64,000 nucleotides of DNA from Candidatus Hydrogenedentota bacterium (GTDB taxonomy: Bacteria; Hydrogenedentota; Hydrogenedentia; Hydrogenedentales; SLHB01): assembly GCA_963674865.2 (NCBI GenBank), contig CAXXYE010000008.1, positions 256,001-320,000 on the forward strand, read 5' to 3'. The notes under the pieces are model-generated. The model made no database searches and was not told the origin of the DNA. It worked only from the letters and a program-made list of their open reading frames with translations. The position numbers and the translations under genes were made by a program. Position 1 is the first letter of the stretch. Every line of letters starts with the position of its first letter. Shown here piece by piece: positions 1 to 9,900 of this stretch.

Positions 1-2
1 CC

Positions 3-1514
3 TTTTTTAACCTACGCACGGGCAACGACGGCATCCTCTGCGGGGTGGGCTGGAGCGGCCAGTGGTTTGCGGAGTTCGCCCATGACGGTAAGGGGAAGAC
101 CGAGATCTCGGCCGGTATGGAACACCTTTCGTTGAAGCTCCGGCCGGGGGAGGCCATTCGTTCGCCGCGCGTGCTGCTAATGTATTGGCAGGGCTCGCCC
201 CTTCATGCTCACAATGTGTTGCGGCAGTTTGTGTTGAAACACCACCGGCCGAAGGTCGACGGCAAGCCCGCAGAGATGCCCATCTGCAACGGCTCCTGGG
301 GCGGCACGCCGACACCGGGACATCTCGCCGCGATCCAGGCCATCGAGATGCACGGTTTGTCCTATGACTATTACTGGGTCGACGCCGGCTGGTATGGAAC
401 ATCAACCAAGCCATGTCCCAATGTCTTTGAAGGTGACTGGGGGACCACGGGCGACTGGCGGGTCAACCGGAACTACCACCCCGACGGGCTGAAGCCCGTG
501 AGCGATGCCGCCCGCCGGGCCGGCATGAAGTTTCTTCTGTGGTTCGAACCTGAACGGGCCAAATACGGCACCCCCGTTACGCTTGAGCATCCGGAATGGT
601 TCCTGCGGCGCACCGAGGGAGAGCCCAAGCCGAACGACTACCTGCTCCTGAACCTAGGCCATCCCGAGGCCTGGCAATGGGTCGTGGACACCGTGTCGTC
701 GCTCATCTCGGAGAACGGCATCAGCTGCTATCGGGAAGACTTCAACGTCGATCCGGCTCCGTACTGGGCCAACGCGGACGAGTCTGGGCGCGAAGGGCTC
801 GCGGAAATGCGGTTCGTCGAGGGGCTCTATGCCTTTTGGGACGAGCTGCGCCGCCGTCACCCGGGGCTGCTCATCGACAACTGCGCCAGCGGTGGGCGAC
901 GGCTTGATCTGGAGGCCGTTAGCCGCAGTGTCGCGTTGTGGCGAACCGACTACAACTGTTTCCCGTTCATGAATCCGGACGCGTCGCAGGTCCATGGCGC
1001 GGGACTAAACCTCTGGTTGCCTTTGAACGCCATCAGCCCCTACACCAAACCCGGGGACACTTATCAGGCGCGGTCTGCGTTCTCGGCGGGCCTCGTGCTG
1101 AACGTCGAGGAGTTTGGCCTTGCCCCCTGCCAGGAGCCCGATTTCCCTTGGGACTGGTTCCGCAAGATGATCGGCGAAGCGAAGCGGGTGCGTCCCTATT
1201 TCCTCGGCGATTTCTATCCCCTGACTCCCTGCATCATCGATCCCGAGGCATGGATGGCCTATCAACTGCTCGATCCCGGCAGCCAGGAAGGTGCGGTGGT
1301 TGCGTTCCGCCGGGCCGAAAGCCCCGTGACCCACGCCAGCTTCCAGCTTCGCGGCCTTGTGTCGACGGGCGAGTACGTCTTCGAAGACGCCGACAGCGGA
1401 GAGACATCACAGGCATCCGGGCATGAATTGATGCTGGGAGGGAAGGCGATCGCCATCGATACCCCACGAACCAGCCGGTTGCTGTTCTACAGACTCCTCC
1501 CAACAGTTACATGA
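3..1514 (+). CDS. Alpha-galactosidase, GH36-like (5' end outside window)
   Basis: Frame open from base 3 (FFNLRTGNDGILCGVGWSGQW). Motifs WVDAGWY, LWFEPER, YREDFN, IDNCASGGRRLD typical of GH36/clan D. Confidence 0.88.
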   Translation, partial: FFNLRTGNDGILCGVGWSGQWFAEFAHDGKGKTEISAGMEHLSLKLRPGEAIRSPRVLLMYWQGSPLHAHNVLRQFVLKHHRPKVDGKPAEMPICNGSWGGTPTPGHLAAIQAIEMHGLSYDYYWVDAGWYGTSTKPCPNVFEGDWGTTGDWRVNRNYHPDGLKPVSDAARRAGMKFLLWFEPERAKYGTPVTLEHPEWFLRRTEGEPKPNDYLLLNLGHPEAWQWVVDTVSSLISENGISCYREDFNVDPAPYWANADESGREGLAEMRFVEGLYAFWDELRRRHPGLLIDNCASGGRRLDLEAVSRSVALWRTDYNCFPFMNPDASQVHGAGLNLWLPLNAISPYTKPGDTYQARSAFSAGLVLNVEEFGLAPCQEPDFPWDWFRKMIGEAKRVRPYFLGDFYPLTPCIIDPEAWMAYQLLDPGSQEGAVVAFRRAESPVTHASFQLRGLVSTGEYVFEDADSGETSQASGHELMLGGKAIAIDTPRTSRLLFYRLLPTVT

Positions 1515-1654
1515 CCGGAACCAGATTGGAGCACCCCACCCTAGTCGAGACACAAATGCATAGGTTGTCGGCGCTTGCGCGCCTTGCGAGCGATCCTGAG
1601 GAGTCACGGCGGACATGATACCCAACTCCAGAAAGAAGACACCCGCGAAGGCAA

Positions 1655-1810
1655 GAATGGGGTGAGTTTCGCGGGCAGATTGAGGAAGGGGATGAACTCT
1701 GGGCATTTACCAGCCCCCCGGAGACTTGGGAACAGATGTTTGGACGAGAGGAGATTGCCTTGGTACGGGGCGGTGAGATCATCGACTGCCTGATAACGCT
1801 GATGAACTGA
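1655..1810 (+). pseudogene. C-terminal remnant of a small conserved hypothetical protein
   Basis: Reads EWGEFRGQIEEGDELWAFTSPPETWEQMFGREEIALVRGGEIIDCLITLMN*; in-frame TGA just upstream and no good start. Confidence 0.4.
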
Positions 1811-1960
1811 CGCCCCAGTGGCTGGAATTCCAGCGAGTAAGACATGCCAGCCCTCTTCGCCATCCGCCGCGATCGTCTTGAATCCCTCGAAATATGCCCG
1901 TAGATTGGTGGATGCTCTCTCCGTGAAGCTGACAGTCGGCTCGACAATGGGGATTCTCCA

Positions 1961-4771
1961 ATGAGGCCATCCAAGGCGGGCGATAGGCGTGCAACTGTCA
2001 AGAGGACTTCTGTAGTCCTAGCGCTGGCGATTCTCGCCTTGTCGGGGCTCTCGTTTTCGGACGACGACACGAACGGCTCCGCACAGCCCGATCGTCCCGT
2101 CTATCAGGATTACCAGCCCGATATCCGCAAGCTCGCCCCGAAGCGGATCACGGACGCTTATCCTCTGTCCGATCAGGGAAACCGCGGCGATTGGGTGGCC
2201 TACCCACCGATGACGGATGAGTTCGAGGGGGATAGCCTCGACCCTAAGAAGTGGTGGGACCACAATCCCGACTGGCAGGGCCGGCAGCCGGGATTCTTCT
2301 ACCCCGGAAACATCGCGGTTCGCGACGGCAAACTTCAATTGACTATGCAGAAGCAGGAAGTCCCCGAGATGCCCAAGGAGCGGGGTTATCACACCTATAC
2401 CGCCGCCGCCGTGAAGAGCAAAGACACGGTGCTCTACGGCTATTTCGAGGTGGCGGCCAAGCCCATGCGCTCGGACGGGAGCAGCGCATTCTGGTTCTAC
2501 AACTCCACCAAGGACTGGTGGACGGAGATCGACGTCTACGAGATCGGTGGGGGAGCCGCCGGATACGAGCGCAAGATGAATATGAATCTCCACGAGTTCC
2601 ACACACCAACCAGCAAGGAGCACTGGCAGGTTGGCGGCGTGTTCGAGGCGCCTGAGGATCTTGCCGACGCGTACCATGTGTACGGCGTGGAATGGGACGA
2701 GAAGGAGATCAAGTATTACTTCGACGGCGTCCTCGTGCGAAGCGGGCCGAACACGAATTGGCGCCAGCCTCTGTATCTGAATTTCGACACCGAAACCATG
2801 CCTGACTGGTTCGGCCTCCCGAAGGATGAGGACCTCCCCTCAACATACAGCATCGAGTATGTACGTGCCTGGAAGAAGCGGGCGCCGGCGCCCGATCCCC
2901 TCGAAACGCTCAACCTCTTGGCCTACGGCGGCGTGGGGCAGATGAAGTTCCAAATGGGCGGCGAGCCCGGCGGCGAAGCGCCCGATCTCGACGATTCGGA
3001 TTGGCCCGTCGAGTACGTCGGCTATGGGTGCGATATTCCGAACACCAACCTGTGGTTTCGCACGAAGGTGGTGATACCGGAGCGGATTGGGGGATTCCGC
3101 ATCGCGGGCCGGGACCTGACGCTCCACCTATTCATCGACGACGGTGGCGAGGTGTACGTCAACGGCGAAGCCCTGGGAAGCTTCACCACGTCGAACGGGC
3201 GATTCAAACTGGCCACCGACACGCAGCCGGGGCAAACCTTCGTCATCGCCGTTCGCGCCGTGAACGATGATGTCTGGGGCGAACTCCTCGACGCCCACGT
3301 GGACTTCAGCGGCCTGGAGGATTTCCAGAAGGACTTGCAGCGATTGGCCTTACGCCTGTTCAACGCCAAGAGGTCCGCCCGCGAAAGTGGGGAACGCCGC
3401 GCGTATTGGGACGCCAAGATCGATGCCGTGGTGCGCACGGCGATGGCGGGAGACGCCTTCGCGCGCGGCGATGAAGAGGGATTCGTGAAGGCGTTGCAGC
3501 GGGAAATGCGGCCTCTCGAACCGCTCTTCACCAAGCGCATCTGCTTTCACGAGGCCCGGTTCGGGGCCGACGGAAACCTGCTGCCGTGGACAACCTGGGA
3601 AGACGCCCTTGAGCGGGAGATGAAGTGGTACCTCGCATGCCCCATCGAGAACGGGTATCCGAAGTTCGTGTGCATGACGTTCATGGACGCGGATTGCGGC
3701 CTCTACCGCAACCGGAAAACCTTCATTCCCGCCACGCAGAACGGGATGGGCATCATCTCGTACGTGAAGTACTACCGCTACAAGGCCCGCTCGAACGCCA
3801 AGGTGCTCGCGTGCGCCCGGGCCATGGGCGATTATCTCGTGAAGGAGTGCGTCACGCCTGACGAGGGCGAATACGCGCGGTTCACGCGCTCGACGGGCCG
3901 GGCGTTGATGTTTCCTCAGCCGCCGGACTGCGGCTCGCAGGGCGACAAACCCTATGAAGTCGAGCCCGACAAGGGGGGCATTGCGGGCTATGCGCTGATG
4001 GTGCTCTACGAGGAAACGCAGGCCCCCAAGTACCTCGAGCAGGCGCTCCAGAACGCGCGCGTCCTTGCGAGGCACATCCGCCCCGGCGACGCAGCGAAGT
4101 CGCCGTGGCCTTTTCGCGTCGACTACCGCACCGGCGAGGGGCGCGGCGAGGTGTCCAGCAATATGTCCTACATCCTGCGGCTGTTCGACGCGCTGATCGA
4201 GAGCGGGCATGACGAATTCCGCGAGCCGCGCGCGCAACTGTGGGCGTGGATCGTCGAGCGCCAGATCCCAAGCGCCCAGGGAGACGGCAAACTCTGGGCG
4301 CAGTTCTTCGAGGACTATGCGCTGGAGAACAACCGCAATGCGTGGGCGCCGCTGAATCTGGCGCGGTATCTCCTCGATGAGCGGGAGGCTATCGACCCCG
4401 ACTGGCGCGCGCACACGGACACGCTCATGCGATTTGTGCACCTGAACTTCGCGTCCGTGCGGGACGGCGTCGTCATCTGCGGCGAACAGGACGACGACAC
4501 GAATCCCTGGGGCGGCATCCTTGCCAACTACGGCGGTGTGTTGAGCATGTACGCGGCGGCCACGGGCTCGGAGCGCTATGCCCGCTGGGCGAGGGAAACG
4601 CTCAGCTACGGCCTGTACACCACGGGCGACAACGGCTGCCCGAGCGACACCACCCGGCACGACACGCCCGGTGGATGGCAGGAAGACGCCCACACGGACA
4701 AGCTGCACAACTACATGGATGCCCTCGCCGCGTTTCCCCAGTGGGCCGGAAGTCCCGAGAGCGCAAAGTGA
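1961..4771 (+). CDS. Secreted multimodular glycoside hydrolase: GH16 + galactose-binding-like jelly roll + alpha/alpha-barrel-like C-terminal domain
   Basis: Hydrophobic signal (VVLALAILALSG); DEFEGDSLD, WQGRQPGFF and catalytic EIDVYE (ExDxxE); LWFRTKVVIP...IDDGGEVYVNG jelly-roll motif; aromatic helical C-terminus. Confidence 0.85.
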   Translation: MRPSKAGDRRATVKRTSVVLALAILALSGLSFSDDDTNGSAQPDRPVYQDYQPDIRKLAPKRITDAYPLSDQGNRGDWVAYPPMTDEFEGDSLDPKKWWDHNPDWQGRQPGFFYPGNIAVRDGKLQLTMQKQEVPEMPKERGYHTYTAAAVKSKDTVLYGYFEVAAKPMRSDGSSAFWFYNSTKDWWTEIDVYEIGGGAAGYERKMNMNLHEFHTPTSKEHWQVGGVFEAPEDLADAYHVYGVEWDEKEIKYYFDGVLVRSGPNTNWRQPLYLNFDTETMPDWFGLPKDEDLPSTYSIEYVRAWKKRAPAPDPLETLNLLAYGGVGQMKFQMGGEPGGEAPDLDDSDWPVEYVGYGCDIPNTNLWFRTKVVIPERIGGFRIAGRDLTLHLFIDDGGEVYVNGEALGSFTTSNGRFKLATDTQPGQTFVIAVRAVNDDVWGELLDAHVDFSGLEDFQKDLQRLALRLFNAKRSARESGERRAYWDAKIDAVVRTAMAGDAFARGDEEGFVKALQREMRPLEPLFTKRICFHEARFGADGNLLPWTTWEDALEREMKWYLACPIENGYPKFVCMTFMDADCGLYRNRKTFIPATQNGMGIISYVKYYRYKARSNAKVLACARAMGDYLVKECVTPDEGEYARFTRSTGRALMFPQPPDCGSQGDKPYEVEPDKGGIAGYALMVLYEETQAPKYLEQALQNARVLARHIRPGDAAKSPWPFRVDYRTGEGRGEVSSNMSYILRLFDALIESGHDEFREPRAQLWAWIVERQIPSAQGDGKLWAQFFEDYALENNRNAWAPLNLARYLLDEREAIDPDWRAHTDTLMRFVHLNFASVRDGVVICGEQDDDTNPWGGILANYGGVLSMYAAATGSERYARWARETLSYGLYTTGDNGCPSDTTRHDTPGGWQEDAHTDKLHNYMDALAAFPQWAGSPESAK

Positions 4772-4789
4772 TCTCGCGGGATCTGAGGC

Positions 4790-4936
4790 TGTTAGTCCCG
4801 AAAACTAGTCCGCCGTTGTTGTCAGGGCGCATGACGCTGTCCCGTCGTAGTGATGGTGGAGGCCGACGACATGGAGAATGGCGATCACTTTGCCTTCGTT
4901 GGCAGCTTGAACCGCCCTTCCTTCCGGCGAGTCCAT
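4790..4936 (-). mobile_element. 3' remnant and right end of an integrase-core (IS481-like) element
   Basis: Minus strand reads MDSPEGRAVQAANEGKVIAILHVVGLHHHY, like the C-terminus of the transposase at 34446-35474 (MDRPVTRPVQAPNQGQVVSLRQVGGLHHRY). Ends in GGAC-N2-GTTTT-N8-ACA. Confidence 0.7.
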
Positions 4937-5209
4937 GTAGATGTCTCCCGCCTTCTCGACACCTTGCATCCGCTAGCAACAGAGATTCACACCGCTCCTG
5001 ATTCCGGATGCTTGAATCAATGTCCCCTTTCTGCTTAACTCAGGTAAGGTCATCGTCAAGGTCACAATGGTGACGTCGCACATACAAGTCCGCACCCCTC
5101 AACAAGATTCTCAGCCGCCCAACAGGTGATGATTCTGAGCTCTTGAGGCGGTCATCCGAAGCTGTTTTCGCTTATTCTGAGCATCATTGAAGCGTGCTCG
5201 GCGGGTGAT

Positions 5210-5254
5210 GTAAGTTCAATGGTCGCAACGCGTACGAATAGATGTGAATCACAG
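5210..5254. repeat. 45-bp dispersed direct repeat, copy 1
   Basis: GTAAGTTCAATGGTCGCAACGCGTACGAATAGATGTGAATCACAG; 36/45 identical by hand alignment to 53150-53194. Confidence 0.8.
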
Positions 5255-5300
5255 AAGTCCTGCCGTTTGGAAAACGTCCTCTCTCCGTTCTTAACGAGCG

Positions 5301-6473
5301 ATGCAGGCCATCATAGGAATAATAGACACTATGCCGGAAGACGCTGCGCAGAGTTCAAATGAGGCCCGTACTCAAAGACGCCCATCCGAACGGGTGGTGT
5401 CCGTTGACGTTCTCCGCGGATTCGATATGCTTTGGCTTATCGGGGGGACGGGCGTGGCTCTTGCCGTGGGGCGGCTTTGCCCGGCTCCCCTGCGCGACGT
5501 GATCGTCCCGCAGTGGGAGCATGCCGACTGGGAAGGCTTTCGGTTCTTTGATCTTATTTTCCCTCTGTTTGTGTTTCTGGTGGGGATGTCGCTGGTTTTC
5601 TCTTTGAGCAAGCGCTTAGAACGGGAGGGCCGCTGGTCCGCCTACAAGCGCCTGTTGCGTCGCACCGTGCTCCTGTTTCTGATGGGCGTCTTCTACTACG
5701 GCGGTCTTAGGCACCGGTGGCCGGACATCCGGCTGCTCGGCGTCCTGCAAAGGTTGGCGCTGTGCTATTTCGCCGGAGGCATCCTGTTCATCCATCTGAA
5801 GCCTAAGGGGCTCGTCGCGGTATGCGTGATCCTGCTGCTGGGCTATTGGGCGCTCTTGTCGTTTGTACCGGTGCCCGGCCTCGGCGCCGCTTCATTCGAC
5901 GAGGGCCAGAATTGGGCCAACTACATCGACAAGCAGTGGCTCCCGGGCCATAAGCATAACGGCGACTGGGACCCCGAAGGGCTCTTGAGCACGCTCCCCG
6001 CGATAGCCACTTGCCTACTCGGTGTGCTCGCGGCCTTGCTGCTTGGAAAGGAGAGCCTGACGCCGTCCAGGAAGGTCCTTTATCTTGTGGGCGGCGGAGC
6101 GCTGATGGTGATTGCCGGGTTTCTTTGGGGAATTCAGTTCCCCGTTATCAAGAAGATCTGGACCTCGTCCTATGTGCTCGTCGCGGGCGGCTACAGCTTC
6201 GTGCTTCTAGGCGTTTTCTATCTCATCATCGACGTTTGGCGCATTAGGCGATGGACGTTGCCTCTGCTCTGGATCGGAGCGAATCCGCTCACCATCTACA
6301 TGGCCAAGAACATCCTTGATTTCAACCAGTTGGCCGAGCGCTTTGTAGGCGGTGATATCAAGACGTTTGCCGGCGAACGAGTCGGCTATCTCCTCTCTAC
6401 AACCGTTTCCCTCGCGCTTACGCTCGCAGTTGTCCGGTTTCTCTACAACCGGAAGATCTTCCTGCGGCTCTAG
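5301..6473 (+). CDS. DUF5009 / heparan-alpha-glucosaminide N-acetyltransferase-like membrane protein (start may be ATG 5331)
   Basis: SVDVLRGFDM, HADWEG-F-DLIFPLF, LGVLQRLA, DPEGLLST, PVIKKIWTSSYVL motifs; many transmembrane segments. Confidence 0.9.
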   Translation: MQAIIGIIDTMPEDAAQSSNEARTQRRPSERVVSVDVLRGFDMLWLIGGTGVALAVGRLCPAPLRDVIVPQWEHADWEGFRFFDLIFPLFVFLVGMSLVFSLSKRLEREGRWSAYKRLLRRTVLLFLMGVFYYGGLRHRWPDIRLLGVLQRLALCYFAGGILFIHLKPKGLVAVCVILLLGYWALLSFVPVPGLGAASFDEGQNWANYIDKQWLPGHKHNGDWDPEGLLSTLPAIATCLLGVLAALLLGKESLTPSRKVLYLVGGGALMVIAGFLWGIQFPVIKKIWTSSYVLVAGGYSFVLLGVFYLIIDVWRIRRWTLPLLWIGANPLTIYMAKNILDFNQLAERFVGGDIKTFAGERVGYLLSTTVSLALTLAVVRFLYNRKIFLRL

Positions 6474-6485
6474 CGCGTTGCTACC

Positions 6486-6534
6486 TAGCGGGGGCAGGAT
6501 CCGAACCTGCGACCTTATATGAGCCCTCCCGAGC
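6486..6534 (-). other. Degenerate 3' part of tRNA-Met(CAT), att-like remnant, copy 1
   Basis: Minus strand GCTCGGGAGGGCTCATATAAGGTCGCAGGTTCGGATCCTGCCCCCGCTA resembles the anticodon loop, T-arm and 3' acceptor strand of initiator tRNA-Met. No 5' half and no CCA. Confidence 0.75.
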
Positions 6535-6792
6535 CCAATGTTCTAACTCCTTGGAATATCTATAACTTATGACAACGCAACGGGATCGCCCCGTTCGCCA
6601 CTACCTGTCCATACTTCCCATGTTCACCGCTTTCTGAGTACCAATTTGTGAGCAATTCCGAGAGCCTTCCGGCGTACCTTCAGTTCGAGAGCCACTTCCA
6701 CGTCCGCGACTGCCACAGAGAGTGGCACAAATAATGGAACTTGAGTCAGAGGTTTTTCACGCGTCAGTGACAGGCGGCGCCTCCCGCTGCCC

Positions 6793-6821
6793 TTGATCTT
6801 GAAGAACTGTCGGACTATCGT
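6793..6821 (+). promoter_or_regulatory. Possible sigma70 promoter for the 6907 gene
   Basis: TTGATC-N17-TATCGT; GGAGGA RBS before GTG 6907. Confidence 0.35.
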
Positions 6822-6906
6822 CGGTGCAAAGAGGTCCCGTAGAGTAGCCGCGTTGCCCTTTGTGGGCCTGAAAAAGGTGCTCCGTTGCACATAGGGAGGA
6901 TATGGC

Positions 6907-9900
6907 GTGAAAACAGCACATCTACGCCTCATCATGGTGTCTTGGATTTTGCTCGCGGTGGGCCTCTGTGATTTGGCATTCGCCATGCCAGAACCCGCTC
7001 AGGAATGGTCCGTCGAATTGGGCACCGGACTGGCCGGCTCACCGACGCCCTATCCCAGCGCGGCCCCGGACAGCGTCATTGTCGCCACGGGAGGCCGCCT
7101 TGTCCGCGTGAACGGGGCAGGCAAGGTGGTCTTGCGCCTTGAATTCGGTCCCGAGGAAGGGCGCGGCGGGGAGATTATGCCGCCGCCAGTGGAGTTGGAC
7201 GGGGACCAGGGGGAGGAACTTGTGCTGGCCCACAAGAAAGGCATCGTCTTCGGATACGATGTGGGATCCAACGCGATGCTCTGGGAAACCGATCTGGGAC
7301 AGCCGATGGGCCAATACGAGTTCGTCACTGCGGGTGACGTGGATGGCGACGGACTGGACGAGGTCGTGGCCACGACGAAGTTCGGCTGGGTCACTTGCCT
7401 CGATTCGGATGGTAGCGTGCTTTGGCGTACTCGCGTACATACGGTGGACAAGTGTATTGCCGCCGAGCTTTCGACGGCGGCCATTGGCGACATCAACAAT
7501 GACGGCCACGCGGAGGTCGTTTACGGTACGGCCACCCATCATCTGATCGCCCTTGACCGATTCGGCCACCTAGTTTGGGACAGCATCGTGCCGCCACACC
7601 AGATGAACCGCACGCCGGTACTTATTGCCGACGCCGATCAAGACGGGTGCGCGGAAGTATACAGTATGTCCTCTATGCTCTCGCCGAGGAAAGGGCTGGT
7701 ATGTGTTGATGGCAAGGACGGTAGACTCTTGTGGACAGGCCTCACCGTAGGCAAGGCCTATCTTGGGTGCAAGCCCGTGCGGTTTTCCGATGGTACCGGG
7801 GGGATCCTGGCGTGCGACAAGGGCGGCAACATCCATGCCCATCGTGCCGACGGATCGCTAGCCTGGCATAACCGGGTGAGCGGGCGTGGCGTCTATTGGC
7901 CACCGGCAGTGGCGGACCTGGACGGCGACGGCCGCGCGGAAATTGTCGCCGCGGTGCGGGCCACATCCCTGGACGGCAATGGCGCAAGTTGGTATGTGCT
8001 GGATGCGGACACTGGGGAATTGCTCGGCGGCTATCTGCACGCCCCGGGCCTTCCCGGCCCCGCTGTATGTGACATCGACGGCGACGGGGTGCTTGAGGTG
8101 CTCATCGTGTCAGCCAATGGCCGGCTAACGGCTTTCAGTTTCGGCGGGCCGGCGACAAAGGATGCCGTATTCCTGGGCTCACGACGTGATGCACGGTATC
8201 CAGCGCAGATTGGGCCTACAACAGCGCCAACACCTAAGGTAGGAGCCGAAATCACGTTGTTCCCACCCGAGGGCCTTCGCCTGCGCTTCGGAAACAACGC
8301 GTTCGAAGCTCTTCTCCCGCGGCCCGCGGGCCCGCGCGAATCCGTCGAGTTTGAGTGCATTCAGCCCGACGGCATTCGTCGTATGGAGGTGCGATTCCTT
8401 AGAGGAGGAGAGGACAACGCGGCTTTCAATTTGCCTGTGCCGGCCCCTGGCAAGTACGCCCTTGCCTTACGGCTCATAGATCTCGATACCGGCAAGACGC
8501 TTGGTGAAGAGAAGAAGACCACCCGGGTCGGCAACGTCATTCGTGAGGTCGCGAAGGCGCGCGCCAATACGAGCGCGGGACTCGACGGCGTCCGCAGACA
8601 GCTCGTCCGAGAGGGGCTCGAGTCGGCCATGTTCGTGGCCCAGCTTGGCGCCGAAGTCAACACGGCGTTCGAGTTGCTGTCGGCCAGAATAAAGACCTGC
8701 TCTGGACTCAGCCCCGCCAGTCAGGAGAAGCTCCTTGCCGACGCGGATGCTTACATGGCCCTGCTTGAGCGGAGTCGCAACTTGGCAGCGCTCACGCTCG
8801 CCGAGGTGAGAGCCGAACACAGGTCCAGTTTCATTATGTGGCAAGACAAGGACCCTTGGGACAATGCTGACCCACTTGACGCATTGCCGGACGTAGGAGG
8901 TGCGCTTGTCGCAGATACCTGGGCGTTTGGCAACGAATGGGAGTCGCTTTGTGTCAACATGGTGAATCTCACGCCGCGCCCGCTGCAGTTGCGCGTCGAA
9001 TCCGGAACGATTAAGGCCGCCACGGAGAACGATGAGGTGAAGCTTCCCAGCGTGGTGGACGTCGTACGGTTTCACACTGCCGTGGCGCTGCCCGCCGGTC
9101 GTGAAACCGTGCCCGACTTGCTGCCGCGATTGGGAGAAGGCAAGGTCATCAATCTAGCCCCTGGGGAGGTGCGGCAGCTCTGGCTGAACGTAAGCACCCA
9201 CCAGCTTCCCGCCGGGGCCTACGAACTCCACTGGCTCGTTCGCACGCTTGACGAATTCACGGACAGCGTCCCGATGACGATAAATCTTGACGTCTCGCCG
9301 GTGCGATGTCCTGAGAAGAGCCGTTTCCTGGCATGCTACTGGACCGGCCCATCCGACAGGACGATCGAGGACATGAACGAACACCTTGTGACGATGTGGC
9401 AGAATCTGCCGCTGCCGCCGGCTCAGGCAAACGCTAGAGGAGAGATTCTCGGCGCGCTGGACTGGAGCGCCCACGATGCCATCATCAAGCGGATCAAGCA
9501 GCCTGAAATCCTCTTCTATGGCAATCAGGAAATACCTACGCCGTCGTTCCCCGCAGGGGTGGACGTCACGGATGCACTGCGGCTGAAAGGGCAACGGGCC
9601 TACGCGAAGCGCATGGTCGCACACCTTGCCAAACTGGGCTTTGAGTACGAGGACTTCATGTTCTATCCCGAGGACGAACCGGGATTGAAGGGTGAAATTA
9701 CGAGTTTCATGGCAAAGGCCCGCCGGAATAAGCTCGTCGATCCCAGAATCCAGAACTACGCAAATCCCTGGGGAGCCTTTACCATCGAGATGCTACGTGA
9801 AATGGCCGAAGTCACTGATGTGTGGCAGCCGGGCATGGAGGTCCTCGAGTTCTGGGGCCAGGAAGCCATCGACGTCATGCGCCGCGGTGGCAAGCGCATC

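Noticed and set aside
3350..4708. Long antisense ORFs (452 aa here; also 29743-30609, 35949-36845, 63033-63737)
   Set aside because: Shadows of well-supported genes on the opposite strand in GC-rich DNA.
6486..6534. Functional tRNA-Met genes here and at 53194
   Set aside because: No D-arm or 5' acceptor strand, disrupted anticodon stem, no CCA.
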